Part shown: in pieces, positions 1-12,907 of the stretch
Layout: every line of letters starts with the position of its first letter
How positions within the stretch are numbered: the first letter of the stretch is position 1
From: Eledone cirrhosa
Taxonomy: Eukaryota
Assembly (NCBI GenBank): GCA_964016885.1
Contig: OZ024740.1
Coordinates: forward strand, 339,388,001 to 339,452,000
Reading direction: 5' to 3'
DNA length: 64,000 nucleotides
Made by a program: the position numbers and the translations under genes
Notes under the pieces: model-generated
The model's input: the letters and a program-made list of their open reading frames with translations, nothing else
Told to the model about the DNA's origin: nothing
Databases searched by the model: none

Positions 1-3000
1 ATCAAACCCAGAATGATAAACAGTAATGTAATGTTGTGCAGAACTACTACAAAGCATTCTTTCTGAGACTCTAACAACTCTGCCAATACACCACCTACCG
101 AGCTGTAGGATTATTTTTGCGTAAATCACAAAGAGAATGTATATGTTGAATAAGTAAACAGATTGTAAAATCTTTGCTTGCCTGGAGAGAAAAATCAATT
201 CCATATAAGAACTACTTGATCCTAAATGGAACCAAATAGAAGACCAGGAATTCTTTTCTAACAATGTAGGCATATATCATCCTTAAATTTTCCTCCTCCT
301 GATCCCCATCACCCATTTTACCTCAATTTTTCCATGCTATCATTGGTTAGATGAGGCCTTGCCAGTATAACATCTCTCCATTTGTCCTCTTCTTTGTATA
401 GATTAGCATTCTGAGATCTGTTTTCACCAATGCTACCCAAATATTCTGTGGTCTACCTCTAGCACATTTTCTTTCACCTTAGAACTTGAGGCCTTTCTTC
501 CCCCTACAATAATCATTACCTGTCCATACTAGTGTAATATTCTTACACACACCATCTAATTCCTCTTATACCCAGTTAATAAAAATAGTGTGTGTACATT
601 TATGCATATATATGTTAGGAAAAAATATGAAGATGGATGATAGATGATAATGCAACTGTTTTCAATGTACACTATACACAAAGAGATGGCTGAAATAAAA
701 GAAAAACATGAGAAAACATCTCTATTTATTTCTTATAAATATGAACTAGATTTGATTGGTAAAACTTGTCTTTATGAATTCTGAAGAGGAATTGATTTTC
801 TTTCAATTTTCAATTGATTCTTAAGTCTGTGGTGTTGGAACACAAAAGTGTTAGTTTGTTGAAAACATACAGAATATATATTATATATAGCTTATCATGA
901 CAGAATATATCAAGTGTTTTCTTGTAGTGGCAGGGACTTTCATCATTTTTGTTCAGGCAGCTGTAGGTCTTATAAGTAATGAACTTTCTAATCTGTTTGC
1001 TCTTGTTTGTATTACATCTACTTTGGATTATCTTCAATCTCCAGTCACCTCTACAACTTTATTAAGAATATACTTTTCTATTAGATGTTCATATCATTAG
1101 ATCTATCAAAGATTGTACTTTTTCAACAAATTGACAGCTGATTTGAAGAGGAGACACGGAGACAGGAAAACACGATTTTTTTTCTTTTCTAAAAATCATG
1201 TTTATAGAATAAACAAAACATTGTGAATCATCATCATCATTATCATCATTATCACTTTACCATGCTGGTGTGGGTTGAACAAAATGTTTTCAAGGTAGTT
1301 TTTATACATCCATATACTTTTCCTAATACCAACCAATGCTTTATTTGTATAAGATGGTATATTGTCAGAACGGTTAACTACAGAAGGCATTGTTTCCATG
1401 GGACATAGATATATAGCAGCATTTGCTTTGAACTGTGTCTATATGAGGACACACAGAGAGATACATATCATCATTGTTATCATCATCATCATGTTACGTC
1501 TATTTTTCCATACTTACATGTGTTAGATGAGTGTCTTCACCCACACAGCTTCCTTTCACTTATTCTGTTCCTTTATCATCTTCTCTGTAAGTATTTCTCA
1601 CCACTTCCTCCCAAGTTTTCCTCTTCTGAAGCTTCCTTCTACATAGATCTCTTAGCACTTTTTTGCCCAACCCATGCTAGTGTGGAGAAGGGATATTAAA
1701 CGGTGATAATGATAATATACACATGATGACTTTCCTTACAGCTTTTGTTTATCAGATTCCCTCACAAGGCATTTGTCAGTAGAAGACATTGCACAATGAG
1801 ATCAAACTATATGGTTGCAAAGTAAAGTCCTTAACCACACAGCCATGTCTGTGCCTGAAATGAAAATAATGATAACAACGGTAATAATAATTGTTCTTCT
1901 CTTCTTCTTTTGTCCATTTATTCTTGAAAGAGTTGTCAGAGCAGACACATCAGATATGCTTTCCAGATGGTCCTATCAAAAGCAAATATCTCCAAATGAT
2001 CTGACTGGACCACCAAGTAAGACCAACCAAGAGTATGGATTTTATGCAACCATGTTGCTGGTGATCTGCCCCTGGGTTTCCTGCTGGTTAGCTATGCCCA
2101 TAAATTCCGACCAGTAATTCTTTCCCTAGATAATCTAACCACATAAAGAAATAATAATTATTTATTGTAAAATACTTTGTGGTGTAGTTATAACAATATA
2201 AATGGTCAGTTCACTATAGAAACATTGTTCTTTAATAAAACAGTATTTTGGAAAGATTTATTTTGCTACTCTTGGGGCAACATATACTGAAAATATATAC
2301 CAAGGTTGATTCAATAAACTCCACAAGAATTGGCAATGTACATTAGTAAAATATCATATTGCCATTAATCTATATTTTTATTATATCATTGCATGATGGA
2401 AGTGAATGATTCATAAGAGTGGAAGAGAGATAGAACAAATACTTGAATACTAAGCATAAACTAAGAATGTATTGAAATCAAGTAATTAGCATAAATATGA
2501 ATATCTTTGAAACAGAGTATCATCAGCCTTAAAAGTAAATCATTAAGACAGACTTGGAGACACTGAATACGAACAAGATAAAAATCTTACCTAAGCTTTC
2601 TTTTAATTATTTATCATATTCTATCAATAAAACTACCATTGTAAATCAGTTTTTTTCTATTTTGTTTGGAGTTTTTTTCTTAACAATAAAACATGTCAAA
2701 GATTTTCACTCATTTTTCTAGAATCTATCTTTCATCTGTCTCCATTATTTTTAACAGTCATTTAGAAAATCTTCACTACTTATTTTTAATGTAAAACTTT
2801 GTAAGATTTTCAATAAAACTTTTCTTTTTTTTTCCTATCATTTTAATCTTCAATCTTTATTTCTCATGATGTGTCTATCTGAAGTAGAATTCTAACTCAG
2901 AAATGTTTATTTTCCAAATATATCTATTCATATTTTCAGTTTGATACTCATTCATTGTTTAAGAAAAATATATTTTCTTTAAATTTTTTTTCTATTTGTT

Positions 3001-6000
3001 TGTTTGGTGTTTATATATATATATATATATCTTTCTTTCCCCCTTTCCATTTCTCTCTCTCCTCCTCCCTCTCTCTTTCTTCCATGTGCTTCTGTTTCAT
3101 GGTTTTTAATAAAAAAAATAGTTTTTCCTGTGATATAAAGATTGCTTTGATATTGTCTATGTAATGTTATAATCTCAATACATAGCTATTGTTTCTTTGT
3201 AATTTTGCACTGCTTCCTAAAATTTAAATTCTGATTCTTAGTAATTTATTTTAATTCATTTCCATTTTTTTTTTTAATTTGAATTCTTTAATTCTATACA
3301 TGCAAACATGAATATCAAGTTGGTCTTTATTTTTTAGTCTAATCTTTCACCAATCTTTTTCACTGACTATATATATACTTAACATCATTCCCTAGTAGCG
3401 GTTTCAGTGCAAACATAGACAAAAGACCTTATTACATTTGGCTATATTCCTTTATATTCTGAGTTCAAATTATACCAAGGTCAACTTAGCTTTTCAATAA
3501 AATAAAATAACAGTGAAATACTAAATGAAAAAAATCATTACAGCTCACACTTATGTAGGTTTAGCTGGTCTCCTATGAGGTTCCATCTCATAGAAGGCTT
3601 CTAGAGGAATTTAATGATAAGGTTTCCAGCCCTATCATAAAAAGCAATGTGGAATGAAGTGTTTTTCTCAAGAACAAGATGTACCACCATTAGGCCACTG
3701 TAAAGTGGTTGTTTTGGTGCCATGATAAAAAGCACCCAGTGCATACTGTAAATGTTGTTTGAGTTAGGAAAGGCAGCCAGCCATAGAAACCAAGCTAGAA
3801 TCAGTTCTGTATGAGCAAGACAAGGTCATCTGATATGGCATGTCTCACAATGGGACAACTCATCTAACCCATGCTAGCATGGAAAAATGGAAGTTAAATG
3901 GTGATGATCATGATCATGATCATGCTCCATATTACCCACAATATTTTTGACTTTAAAGTTTGTTGGAAATTATCATTTATGTCTGTTTTCTATGCTGGTA
4001 TAGTTTGGATAGATTATCATATATTTAGTATGGTTTCTACAGCTGGATACTCTTTCTAATGCTGACTAATCTATAGAATGTATTGGGTTCATTTTATCAT
4101 GGCATCTGCACTACCAATTTGCAGAGTGTATTTTATAATTCACACAAGAGAAGTTGTCATGTACTCAACAAGACTAAATAGTCCTCTCTATCTTATATTG
4201 CCTCACCAACCACTTTACAGGGTGTAGTTGGGAAATTTTATTGTGGCACTATCATCTCTGTTTGTTTGTCAACCATTTTACAAGGGTACTGAGTGCCATT
4301 GTTGTTATTATTAAAAGTGCAGTGGATTGGCAGTTTTGGTAGAACATCGGACAACCTGCTTTGTGGCATAGAGTTACATCCTTTTATGTTCCGACTTCAA
4401 ATCCTGCTGAAGTTAGCTTTTCCTGTCATCATTACAGGCTCACTAAAATGAAGTACCAGTAATGCACTGGGGTCAATTTAATCAACTTTTCCCTTTCCTT
4501 CAAATTGTTGGCCTTATGCCAAATGTAGAAACAATTATTTTTATTTGACAGAATCATAAGAAAATTGGATAAAATGCCTCATAGTATTTGTTATGAGTCT
4601 TTAAAATCCGAGTTCAATCCCAACTTGCCTTTTGCCCTACCAGGTTTGATACAAATTAATGTCATTAACTTTTTGTGCTTGTTTTAGGAACCATTATTGT
4701 TGTTACTACTTCTACTACTACCAAAAACTGTCTTTTGACTCCCTTGTACTAGATTTTCTTGCAATACTGTCTATCATTTCTCTCTGGGGTTTTCCAGTAA
4801 CTGTAGTTGGGTCTCACCATGTGGGAAGGATAAATAAAATTACCAAAATATATACAAAAAAACAAGGTTTTTGTTAATGCCAAAATATGTATATGAAGAA
4901 GAGATAACACCTTTAGCATTTAGGATAATCCTTAGACAGATAAATGTCAGCCAAACTACAATATATTATGTATACCACGGGGGAGAAAAAATGTTTAGTG
5001 ATAAATTTTCACTTTGTTTTGAAGCTGTTGAAAGGCAGAGAAGATACTAATAAATGAGATTGGTGTTGTTAATAAGAAGCTTGTGGAACAGTGAAATCAA
5101 TATAGAAACAGTTGTAGAGCTGTAGTGATCTATTCTATATGATAGTACACATAGAAGTGCAGGTATAGTCATGGGGTTAAGGAGTTTGCTTCAGAACAAT
5201 GTGTTTTCAGGTATATACTACTCTGCATAGTAGTGTAGTAGTATATATTCATATATATAAAGTTTGGGTTGGCGTCAGAAAAAGTAGCCAGTCATAGAAA
5301 AGCTGCCTCAGAAAGTCTCATCCAATCCATGCTAGCATGGAAAAGCAGACATTGCTGATGATGTTGGCAAATGTCATATACTACAGAGCTTCCAAAGCCA
5401 ATAAAAGAAACCCCAGCTAGAAGTGGTAGCCAAATCTCCCTCAGACATCTACTACTTTAACAGAATAAAAGAAAACATTGAACAATGTACTAGTCACTGG
5501 TATACAAAAAGAGAGAATGCTTGTCGCCTTTGATCACAGATCTGCTTGGTTTGGGCTGACCAGGGGTTAAACAACAGCAACTACACAGTACATCATGCAC
5601 AAATTCACAGACCAGACTAAAAATTATATATCTTGTATTTTAGGCAGGGACTCCCAAATATACTATAGGCTTCCCTATATATTATAAGTGTTGTCTGATT
5701 CCATAGCTCCATATGTTATTTATCTCCTCTAGGAGACACAAAAAACAAATTCTCACTATTAACATAGAAACCCCTCATCTTCTCTCTCTTTTCTCTTTCA
5801 TGCCTCCATTCGTTATTTTATTATTTATCCTGCTCGCTGTTTCTCTTAGGCTTCTGTGTATATGAATGTAACAGTAGCAGCAAGTGTTTTAAGGTCATTT
5901 TCCCTTCTCAAGCAAGGGTTAGGTTTATGGGCCCCATTAAAGGTTCATGCTCATAATGGAGTTCTTTGTGAAGCCATGTTTTACAACCTAATGCCCTTCC

Positions 6001-7246
6001 TGACACTAACTTCTTATGACATGCAGGGATAAAGTGTATCTCTTCTAAAGCAGATGCACACAACATTCAATGTGTATGAATATCCTTGTATTATTTTCTA
6101 TTATTTGTGAACAATACTGCTATTTGTTACAGGTTTCCACTGAACTGATCACTGGTTCACTGCATTTATAATGGTGAAAATGACAAAAGAGTGTCTAATC
6201 TGATGCAAGCAGTTTGGCTATTTTATGTTTCTCATTGTTGTATGTAACTTACGCCATGACAATGTGGTTAAGGAGTTTGCTTCACAAACAAGCTATGTGT
6301 CACTTTTGCCAAATGTCTTCTATATAGCCATGTATTGACTGATGCTTTGCAAGTGAAATTTGGTTGGCAGAAACTGTGTGGAAGCCTGTGATATATATAG
6401 TAATAATAATAAATTTGAAGACTAAAATCCAAAGAGGGCTCGATAAGGATAAATATATATCAAATATATAAGAACCGTAGAGCAAATATTTATTAAAATA
6501 ACAGATTATATATATATATAATGTATGTGTGTGTCCTTGCCTGGGTTTATTCGTCTTATAACTTAGTGGTTCAACAGAAATAGCTTGATAAAATAATAAC
6601 CAGACTTGAAAACAAATATATAAACACATACACATTTAATGAGGGATAAGATTAGCTTTATGATTTTAATGGTGGCCAGGTGCCACTTCAGGCCTCTTTG
6701 GTGATAGAAATAAAAACTAAAATAAATTTAGGGAAATAAGTTTCATAAATGAACATTTAATCACACTAATGGGAAAATTAGATTAAGTTTTGTCCATTTA
6801 TGAAATTCATTTATTCATTTTTTTTTATTATTTCCTTCATCAAGGCCTTATAGAAAAATGAAATAAATAAAACAAAATGAACGCCTGTAGTTTAATGGTG
6901 AAGGTATTGAAGGCATGATGATAAGGCCATAGGTTTGATTCCCAGACGAGGTGACCTGTTTCTCCTTGAGCAAAGCACCTCATTTCATGTTGCTCCAGTT
7001 CACTTAGCTGAAAATGTGTACCAGCGGCAGCTTGTAATTAGTAATGTGATGAGTCGACATCCCATGCAGGAGTGAATTTTGGTCTCTCAGTCACTTAATT
7101 CCCATTAAACCATTAATTTCCATGAAAGCATGGAAAAATAGCCATAAAACTTTAAATTATCTTAAACTTAATATGGTTCAGAACTTATCCCAGGTAAATA
7201 TAATTGAATACAATCAATCCAGTTGGCAAACATTATGTATCTTTAG

Positions 7247-7437
7247 GGTGGTGGGTTGGCAGTATCGGTAGAGGGGCGGACGCCATGCTTTGATGCATAG
7301 AGTTATGGCCCTTGCCATTCTGAGTTCAAATCCTGCCGAGGTTAACTTTGCCTTTCATCCTTACAGGGTTGATAAAATAAAGTACCAGTAATGCACTGGA
7401 TTATTGCTGACCTTGTGCCAAAAGTAGAAACAATTAT
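7247..7437 (+). mobile_element. tRNA-derived SINE family 1 (MetaSINE-like core)
   Basis: A-box-like GGTGGGTTGGCAG, B-box GAGTTCAAATCC, core GCCTTTCATCCTTACAGGGTTGATAAAATAAAGTACCAG, tail AAGTAGAAACAATTAT; many copies in window, older ones at ~4320-4535 and ~7490-7650. Confidence 0.8.
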
Positions 7438-9231
7438 GTATCTTTACATAATGTTAGAGAGAAAAAAAAACTTGGATAAAAAAAGGAAATAGATGTCCCT
7501 TTATGTTCTGAGTTCAAATCCTGCCATGGTTAGCTTTACCTTTCATTCTTATGGAGTCGATAAAATAAAGTACCAGTAACATACTGGGATTTAATTCACT
7601 TTTCCTCTCGAAAAATTGTTGACCTTGTACCTAAATTAGAAACCATTATTTAGAATCATTTCAAAATGATAAATATTTAAATTCCAATACAAACTGTTAC
7701 ATGAGATGTAGAGATTCATGATCAAAATACATGGAGTAATTTTAGTAATTGTGTATGAAGTGTCAGTATATGGCTGAGTAGTTAAGGGGACAATGCATGA
7801 GTGAGGGCTTTAGAAGTTTTCTTTATAATCATGTAGTACTGAGTTTGATCCCACTACATGGTAAATGTTTTTAGAATAGTCTCAGGTTTACCAAAGCCTC
7901 GTGAATGAAATTTGGTAGAAGGAAACTATGTGGAAGTGCATTTGGTGGTTTTTACCTGTAATTCAAAGGTCTAGCCTTGCTACATATTGTATCATGCTGG
8001 TTCTGCCAGAGAATTATGTTAAGAGTACATGTGTCTGAGGAATAGTCAACCACATACACATGTTTAATTGGTGAGACAGAGGAGTCATCCTCTCCATGGA
8101 ATTGTAAGATAAGACGGAGATAAGGCCCTACAGGGAAGGTGATTCTCTACTAGTCTGAAGGCTAGCAATGTTTTGATTCACTTTGAAAGGTATTTGATTG
8201 GTCACCAATAACACAGATACATCACATGACACTAGAGTGATAGTATTCTGCAATATCTGATTTTGTAGTCAAGTGCTATGACACGATGAAAATAGTTCCT
8301 AAATTTGGTCATGTGATCTATATCCACAGAAAGGTACCACAGGCAAGTTTAATGTTTTGTTGGTGTAATTAGTAAAATAGCATCTTGTGGTGAGAGGATT
8401 GGGGTCAACAAATGAGAGAAAATTTAGGTAATTGTGTGGGGGTCTGTGTGAATGTATGCAGATGCATATATATATATATATATACATACATATATAACAT
8501 ATAGACTCTCACATACACAGATATTAAGTAAGCATGAATGTATATATTTATCTATGCATGCTCCAATTTGTAGGTTGAAATTTTGCACAATTGCACATTT
8601 TTCCGAAGAGTGGGCCATGGGCTATATGACTTTTTCTGCAATTTGTTCATTTTAGCGCCAAACAGAAAAACTAAGAATATCATATTCCCCCAAGCATTGC
8701 AATAGACAGTGGAAAAAAATTACTGATTAAAAAAATAATTAATTTAGAGTAATTATGTAAATTAGTACAGTATAGCATGTTTTCCCAGAAAATAAAAATA
8801 ATGTAAGAGAAAAATGTTGTTTTATGCTAGTTTTTATTTTTATTTTTTTGTATTTTGCAGTTTTTTGGGGGGCTATTTTTATGAAGCTTAATTTGAATCA
8901 TTTCAGTATGGCTTAGATACAACAATTCCGAGTGAATCAACATTCCCAGATGAACTGAACATTGTTAGTATTTTTTTTATAGCAATTTATCCAAAATATA
9001 TTGAATTCATCTGATTATATTATTTTAGGAATAAATAAACCTTGGTACAGCTGCTAGTTTTAAACATATATCATCATAATCGTCATCCTTTAATGTGATT
9101 TATTTTTCCATGCTAGCATAGGTTGGATGGATTAATACAAAGTCAGTCTTTACAGACAGGCTGGGGATCATGTCTTGGTTAACACCGTTCCAGTTTTGGC
9201 ATGGTTTGTTCACATTATTTGTAAAGCACAA

Positions 9232-9473
9232 GGGCGGTGGATTGGCAGTATCAGTAGAGGGTCGGACGCCATGCTTTCCAGCATAGTTACGTCCCTTTAC
9301 GATCTGAGTTCAAATCCCTCCGAAGTTGACTTTGCCTTTCATCCTTACGGGGTCGATAAAATAAAGTACCAGTAATACACTGGGTAATTGCTGGCCTTGT
9401 GCCTAAAGTAGAAACAATTATTTGTAAAGCACTGGATAATTGCTGGCCTTGTGCCAAAAGTAGAAACAATTAT
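9232..9473 (+). mobile_element. SINE family 1 with duplicated 3' tail
   Basis: Same head and core as the 35133 copy; tail ATTGCTGGCCTTGTGCC..AGTAGAAACAATTAT occurs twice. Confidence 0.85.
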
Positions 9474-9799
9474 TATATGTCAGTTTTTCATGCTGGTGTG
9501 GATCAGGCAGGTTATCAAGACTTGTTCCACTTCAGGAATTGTTTTTTTTATGGCTGGATGCTTTACCTAATGCCAACCATGTTATAGGGTGTATAGGTGC
9601 TTAATATCATGGCACCACCACTATGTTTGTTACATGTAAGCAAATCAGTCAAACTACAACCACTTTAATAAGGTCTCAAAATGATTTAAGCTTGGCTGTT
9701 GGCTTTACATGCAGTAAATAATATCAACATCCTACATATTTAAGGTATCACGTATTCAGTTGAATAATGGTCTTACTAGTCCCTTGACATCTTATCCAT

Positions 9800-10062
9800 A
9801 TAATTGTTCTACTTTTGGCACAAGGCCAGCAAATACCCAGTGCATTACTGGTACTTTATTTTATCGACCCCCTAAAATAATTGTTTCTACTTTTGGCACA
9901 AGACCAGCAATTACCCAGTGTATTACTGGTACTTTATTTTATCGACCCCATAAGGATGAAAGGCAAAGTAAACCTCGGCGGGATTTGAACTAAGATCATA
10001 AAGGGCCGTAACTCTTTGCTGCAAAGCATGGCGTCTGACCCTCTACCGATACTGCCAATCCA
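9800..10062 (-). mobile_element. SINE family 1 (reverse) with duplicated 3' part
   Basis: Reverse complement of family 1; 3' ~75 bp repeated in tandem. Confidence 0.85.
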
Positions 10063-10624
10063 TCAATGTACACATGTATGTATGAACTCATAACTCCTGA
10101 TGGAGTTGAAGTAGCGTTGTCATGAAATACAGCATGTCTTAGGTATTTTAAACCTGGCAAAGCCCATCCCTTCTCCAAGTCTGATTACAGGTGATTTCTT
10201 CTAGAGAAGGGGATAGAGAGAGAAGAAGTGAGTAACAGGTACAGAAGAAGAATCGACCCCAGTACTGGACTTAGTACAGTTTTTTATGTATTGACTTGCT
10301 AAGGTTGAAAGGCAAAATTGGCTTCAGTGGGATTTGATCTCAGAGAGCACAGATAGCCAGAACTGGTACCTCAAAATATTCTATCCAATGTTCTAATGAC
10401 TCTGCCAATTTGCTGCTTGCATACGTATGTATATACACACACATTGAGTGGTTCAGTAGATGTGTGCTTTACTGAGAAAGCTACCAAAATCAGCACTCTA
10501 TGTGGTGGCAGAGGGTATATAGTAAAAACAAACCGCGGTTTCACATTAAGGTCTTTCTTGACTCTACAGTTATGACCATTTCACTGATGGGTGACTTTGG
10601 ATCTCACTTTGATTTTAATATATA

Positions 10625-11098
10625 TCATCATCATTTTACGTCCGCTTTTCCCTGCTTGCAAGGGTGGGACGGGTCTTATTCAGCACAGCATCTCTCTCTT
10701 TGTCATGGTCCATCGTCATCTCAACCGATCTGAGGTCTGTTCTCACCACCTCCGCCCATGTTTTTCGTGGTCTACCTCTATCACGTCTTCCTCCAACTGG
10801 CATTTCCTGGCACTTCTTCACCCATCGGTATTCCTCCATGCACATCACATGTCCATACCATCTCAGTCTCCTCTCTCGCACACTACATTCTATCCCTCTC
10901 AGACACAGTTTCTCTCTCAACACATTCATGCTGAGTCGTTCACACACATTGACATTGCACATGCAATGGAGCATGCTTGCCTCATTTCTCTCCAGCTGTC
11001 GCATGTCCTCTGCGGTTGCTTCTCATGTCTTACTACCATGCAGCATCGCGCTCCTCACACAGGCATCATATAACCGGCCTGTCATATGCAGGGAGAAA

Positions 11099-11100
<2 letters not shown>
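10625..11100 (-). mobile_element. RTE LINE 3' fragment (lineage D)
   Basis: ORF 10636-11004 [27 protein letters not shown]; very short 3'UTR ending GGACGTAAAATGATGATGAT; 5' end abuts (TA)n. Confidence 0.9.
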
Positions 11101-11132
<32 letters not shown>

Positions 11133-11282
11133 ATTATGTAATAAACAACACGATATAATTATTTCATTACCCAATGGAATAATATATATATATGTTGGCA
11201 TATATATTTGTGTATATATATATAATATTTATATATATATATGTATATGTATATATATATATATTTGTGTATATATATATAT

Positions 11283-11470
11283 TTGTTTCTACTTTTGGCA
11301 CAAGGCCAGCAATTACCCAGTACATTACTGTTACTTTATTTTACCGACCCCGTAGGGATGAAAGGCAAAGTTAACCTCGGCGGGATTTGAACTCAGAATG
11401 GAAAGGGCCGTAACTCTATGCGTCAAAGCATGACGTCCGATCCTCTACCGATACTGCCAATCCACCGCCC
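11283..11470 (-). mobile_element. SINE family 1 (reverse), young copy in TA tract
   Basis: Near-identical to the 35133-35327 copy. Confidence 0.9.
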
Positions 11471-11488
11471 TTATATATATAATATTCA

Positions 11489-11533
<45 letters not shown>

Positions 11534-11535
<2 letters not shown>

Positions 11536-12016
11536 AAGGCGGGTAAAATTCCCGAGATCCATGGACGAGTTCTCTCCAGCGGTCTCTGTCCCTCATTATC
11601 GCTGCCATGTCCTGCGTCTCCAATAGACCAGTATCTGTCCTTAGGGCATCAACATACGTTAACCTTGGTCTTCCTCTTCTAGTGTGTCCATGTAGGGGCT
11701 CCCAAAGGAACACTGAGTGCAATGTCAACTCTGGATGTCGGTGAGCATGTCCAGCTAACCTCAGTCTCCTCTGTGTCACTTTTGAGCTGACTTTTGGGAT
11801 GCTCCCATACAGCTCTGAGTTTTTCATCCTCAGTATATACTGATTAATGTTCAGAGCCATCCTCAGCGTTCTCGTGTAGCACCCATCCTCCATTTGAGTG
11901 AGTTTCTTGGTCAGTGTCCAAGTCTCAGACCCATACAGCAGCACAGACTCCACTACAGCAATGAAGAGGCGGATTTTCAGGTCTCTATGAAGGTCCGACT
12001 TGCACACCAATCTCAA

Positions 12017-12018
<2 letters not shown>
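11534..12018 (-). mobile_element. RTE-X-like LINE 3' fragment (lineage C)
   Basis: [45 protein letters not shown]; both ends abut (TA)n. Confidence 0.85.
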
Positions 12019-12054
<36 letters not shown>

Positions 12055-12055
<1 letters not shown>

Positions 12056-12444
12056 TGGAAAGTTATATTTAAATTGTTGGGTTACAACTAGTAAATATTT
12101 ATAACTGATATAAAAGCACTCGACAAGTATTTGGAGTATATTTACAATATTAAATAAATGGAAACTATATTTATAAAACCATATTTATTTCATTATATAT
12201 ATTTCAGGGATATCATATTAACAATATGCTATGCCTTCCTCAGACAAAATACAATATAAACTGCCAATTCAACTTTTTCAAATACAAGTCGATGTTGTTA
12301 CGGTATGTCAAATCTATTTATCTATAAAACTGTTTATATTGTATTTTGTCTGAGGAAGGCATAGCATATTGTTAATATGATATCCCTGAAATATATATAA
12401 TGAAATAAATATGGTTTTATAAATATAGTTTCCATTTATTTAAT

Positions 12445-12450
<6 letters not shown>
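12055..12450. mobile_element. PLE-type pseudo-LTR with 119-bp inverted arms, each carrying a hammerhead ribozyme
   Basis: Arms 12143-12261 and 12332-12450 are reverse complements with a 70-bp spacer; flanked by (TA)n; homologous to 28130-28526. Confidence 0.8.
12342..12407 (+). ncRNA. Type I hammerhead ribozyme (mirror copy on - strand at 12186-12251)
   Basis: Stem I TATTTTGT/ATGAAATA; CTGAGGA 12350-12356; stem II AGG.ATA.CATATT-GTT-AATATG.TAT.CCT; GAAA 12388-12391; palindromic TATATA; TA cleavage site. Confidence 0.8.
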
Positions 12451-12906
<456 letters not shown>

Positions 12907-12907
12907 A

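Noticed and set aside
1-9200. Short ORFs as host exons
   Set aside because: AT-rich sequence with decayed SINE/RTE tails; no recognisable domain or exon chain. Small exons of a large-intron gene cannot be excluded
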